Shown: piece by piece, positions 62,401 to 62,908 of the stretch | Position numbering within the stretch: position 1 is the stretch's first letter | How the letters are laid out: the number at the start of each line of letters is the position of its first letter | Assembly (NCBI RefSeq): GCF_003918875.1 | Contig: NW_025767689.1 | Location: 310,001 to 372,908 of the forward strand | Length of the DNA: 62,908 nt | From: Haliotis rubra | Taxonomy: Eukaryota | Direction of reading: 5' to 3' | Notes under the pieces: generated by a model | Told to the model about the DNA's origin: nothing | Seen by the model: the letters and a program-made list of their open reading frames with translations, nothing else | The model's database searches: none | Translations under genes and position numbers: made by a program

Positions 62401-62908
62401 TGATGAAACAAGGAAATGGAGCATTAGGTACCGGCAGACTGGAAAGCCGCGAAGAATGAATTTTGGTTTAATGTTGATTATGCTGATCAAAGTAATATTT
62501 GGCAGTTCACGAACTGAAGATGATGAAGGCTCTTGCCGAGATCGAAGACGAATTGACTGATTCTGTCATGTTTAGGTGGATAATGCGAGACGGAAAATCG
62601 AAACGAAAACAGTTGAAGATACTGAACAATATTCAACGATGATAAGGATGAATTGGCAATGAACTGTTAACGGATTTTGAATTGGGCTTCAAAACAGTGA
62701 ATTCAGCTGCGGGGCTTGCGCGATAATGATACTGCTGTCGGCGCAATGAACATCATGCTATGGATAATGGCTCTACGGTAATCATGGTTGAGGTTGTTCG
62801 ACCGGAAGATCGGAAAATCAACAATGTGTGCTATGGAGCGAATGATGCTTCACTACGATATTCAATGTGAAAGGAAACCGATGAAGAACGGTCGTGATCC
62901 ATACTGTC

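Larger units (their letters stand above)
37720..62908 (-). repeat. Giant inverted (fold-back) copy of ~7270-37370, probably a long-read/assembly artefact
   Basis: Collinear reverse-complement anchors are 37290-37316/37765-37791, 37347-37365/37725-37743, 28048/44912, 25827/47198, 18055/54150, 15794/56437, 10877-11060/60135-60300 and 7441/62765. Confidence 0.95.

Noticed and set aside
56700-62908. ORFs such as 59008-59430 and 60970-61290
   Set aside because: They are degraded mirror copies of the DIRS, SINE and Copia sequence at 7.3-15.5 kb, not independent genes.

Overview
This is AT-rich eukaryotic DNA, probably from a mollusc. The SINE and tandem-repeat families resemble those of gastropods such as abalone, which is an inference. 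The only host coding signal is two minus-strand exons of a PARP14/15-like gene at the left end (WWE domain and the start of the catalytic domain). From 1.5 to 37.4 kb the window is a deeply nested set of decayed transposons. It contains Helentron-like tandem-array elements, a TTAA-flanked element, tRNA-derived SINEs (one with a perfect 85-bp internal hairpin), a GalEa-type Copia element, a DIRS remnant, a Harbinger element and a MITE. It also contains a near full-length LINE, an intron-containing Crypton tyrosine-recombinase gene broken by nested insertions, and a Gypsy pol with a chromodomain-like tail. That pol is interrupted by an inverted Penelope element carrying a variant minimal hammerhead ribozyme. 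A Tc1 remnant and a second Gypsy LTR/gag follow. Everything from ~37.7 kb to the end is a reverse-complement copy of ~7.3-37.4 kb, folded back around ~37,545. It is shorter, deletion-biased and garbled in its two flanking blocks, but much cleaner over the central run of young-looking transposons. That pattern best fits an unsplit nanopore template+complement read carried into the assembly, not a biological palindrome. I found no supportable new multi-gene system. The best biological leads are the reconstructable Crypton, the Penelope hairpin with its ribozyme, the Gypsy chromodomain and the SINE hairpin.
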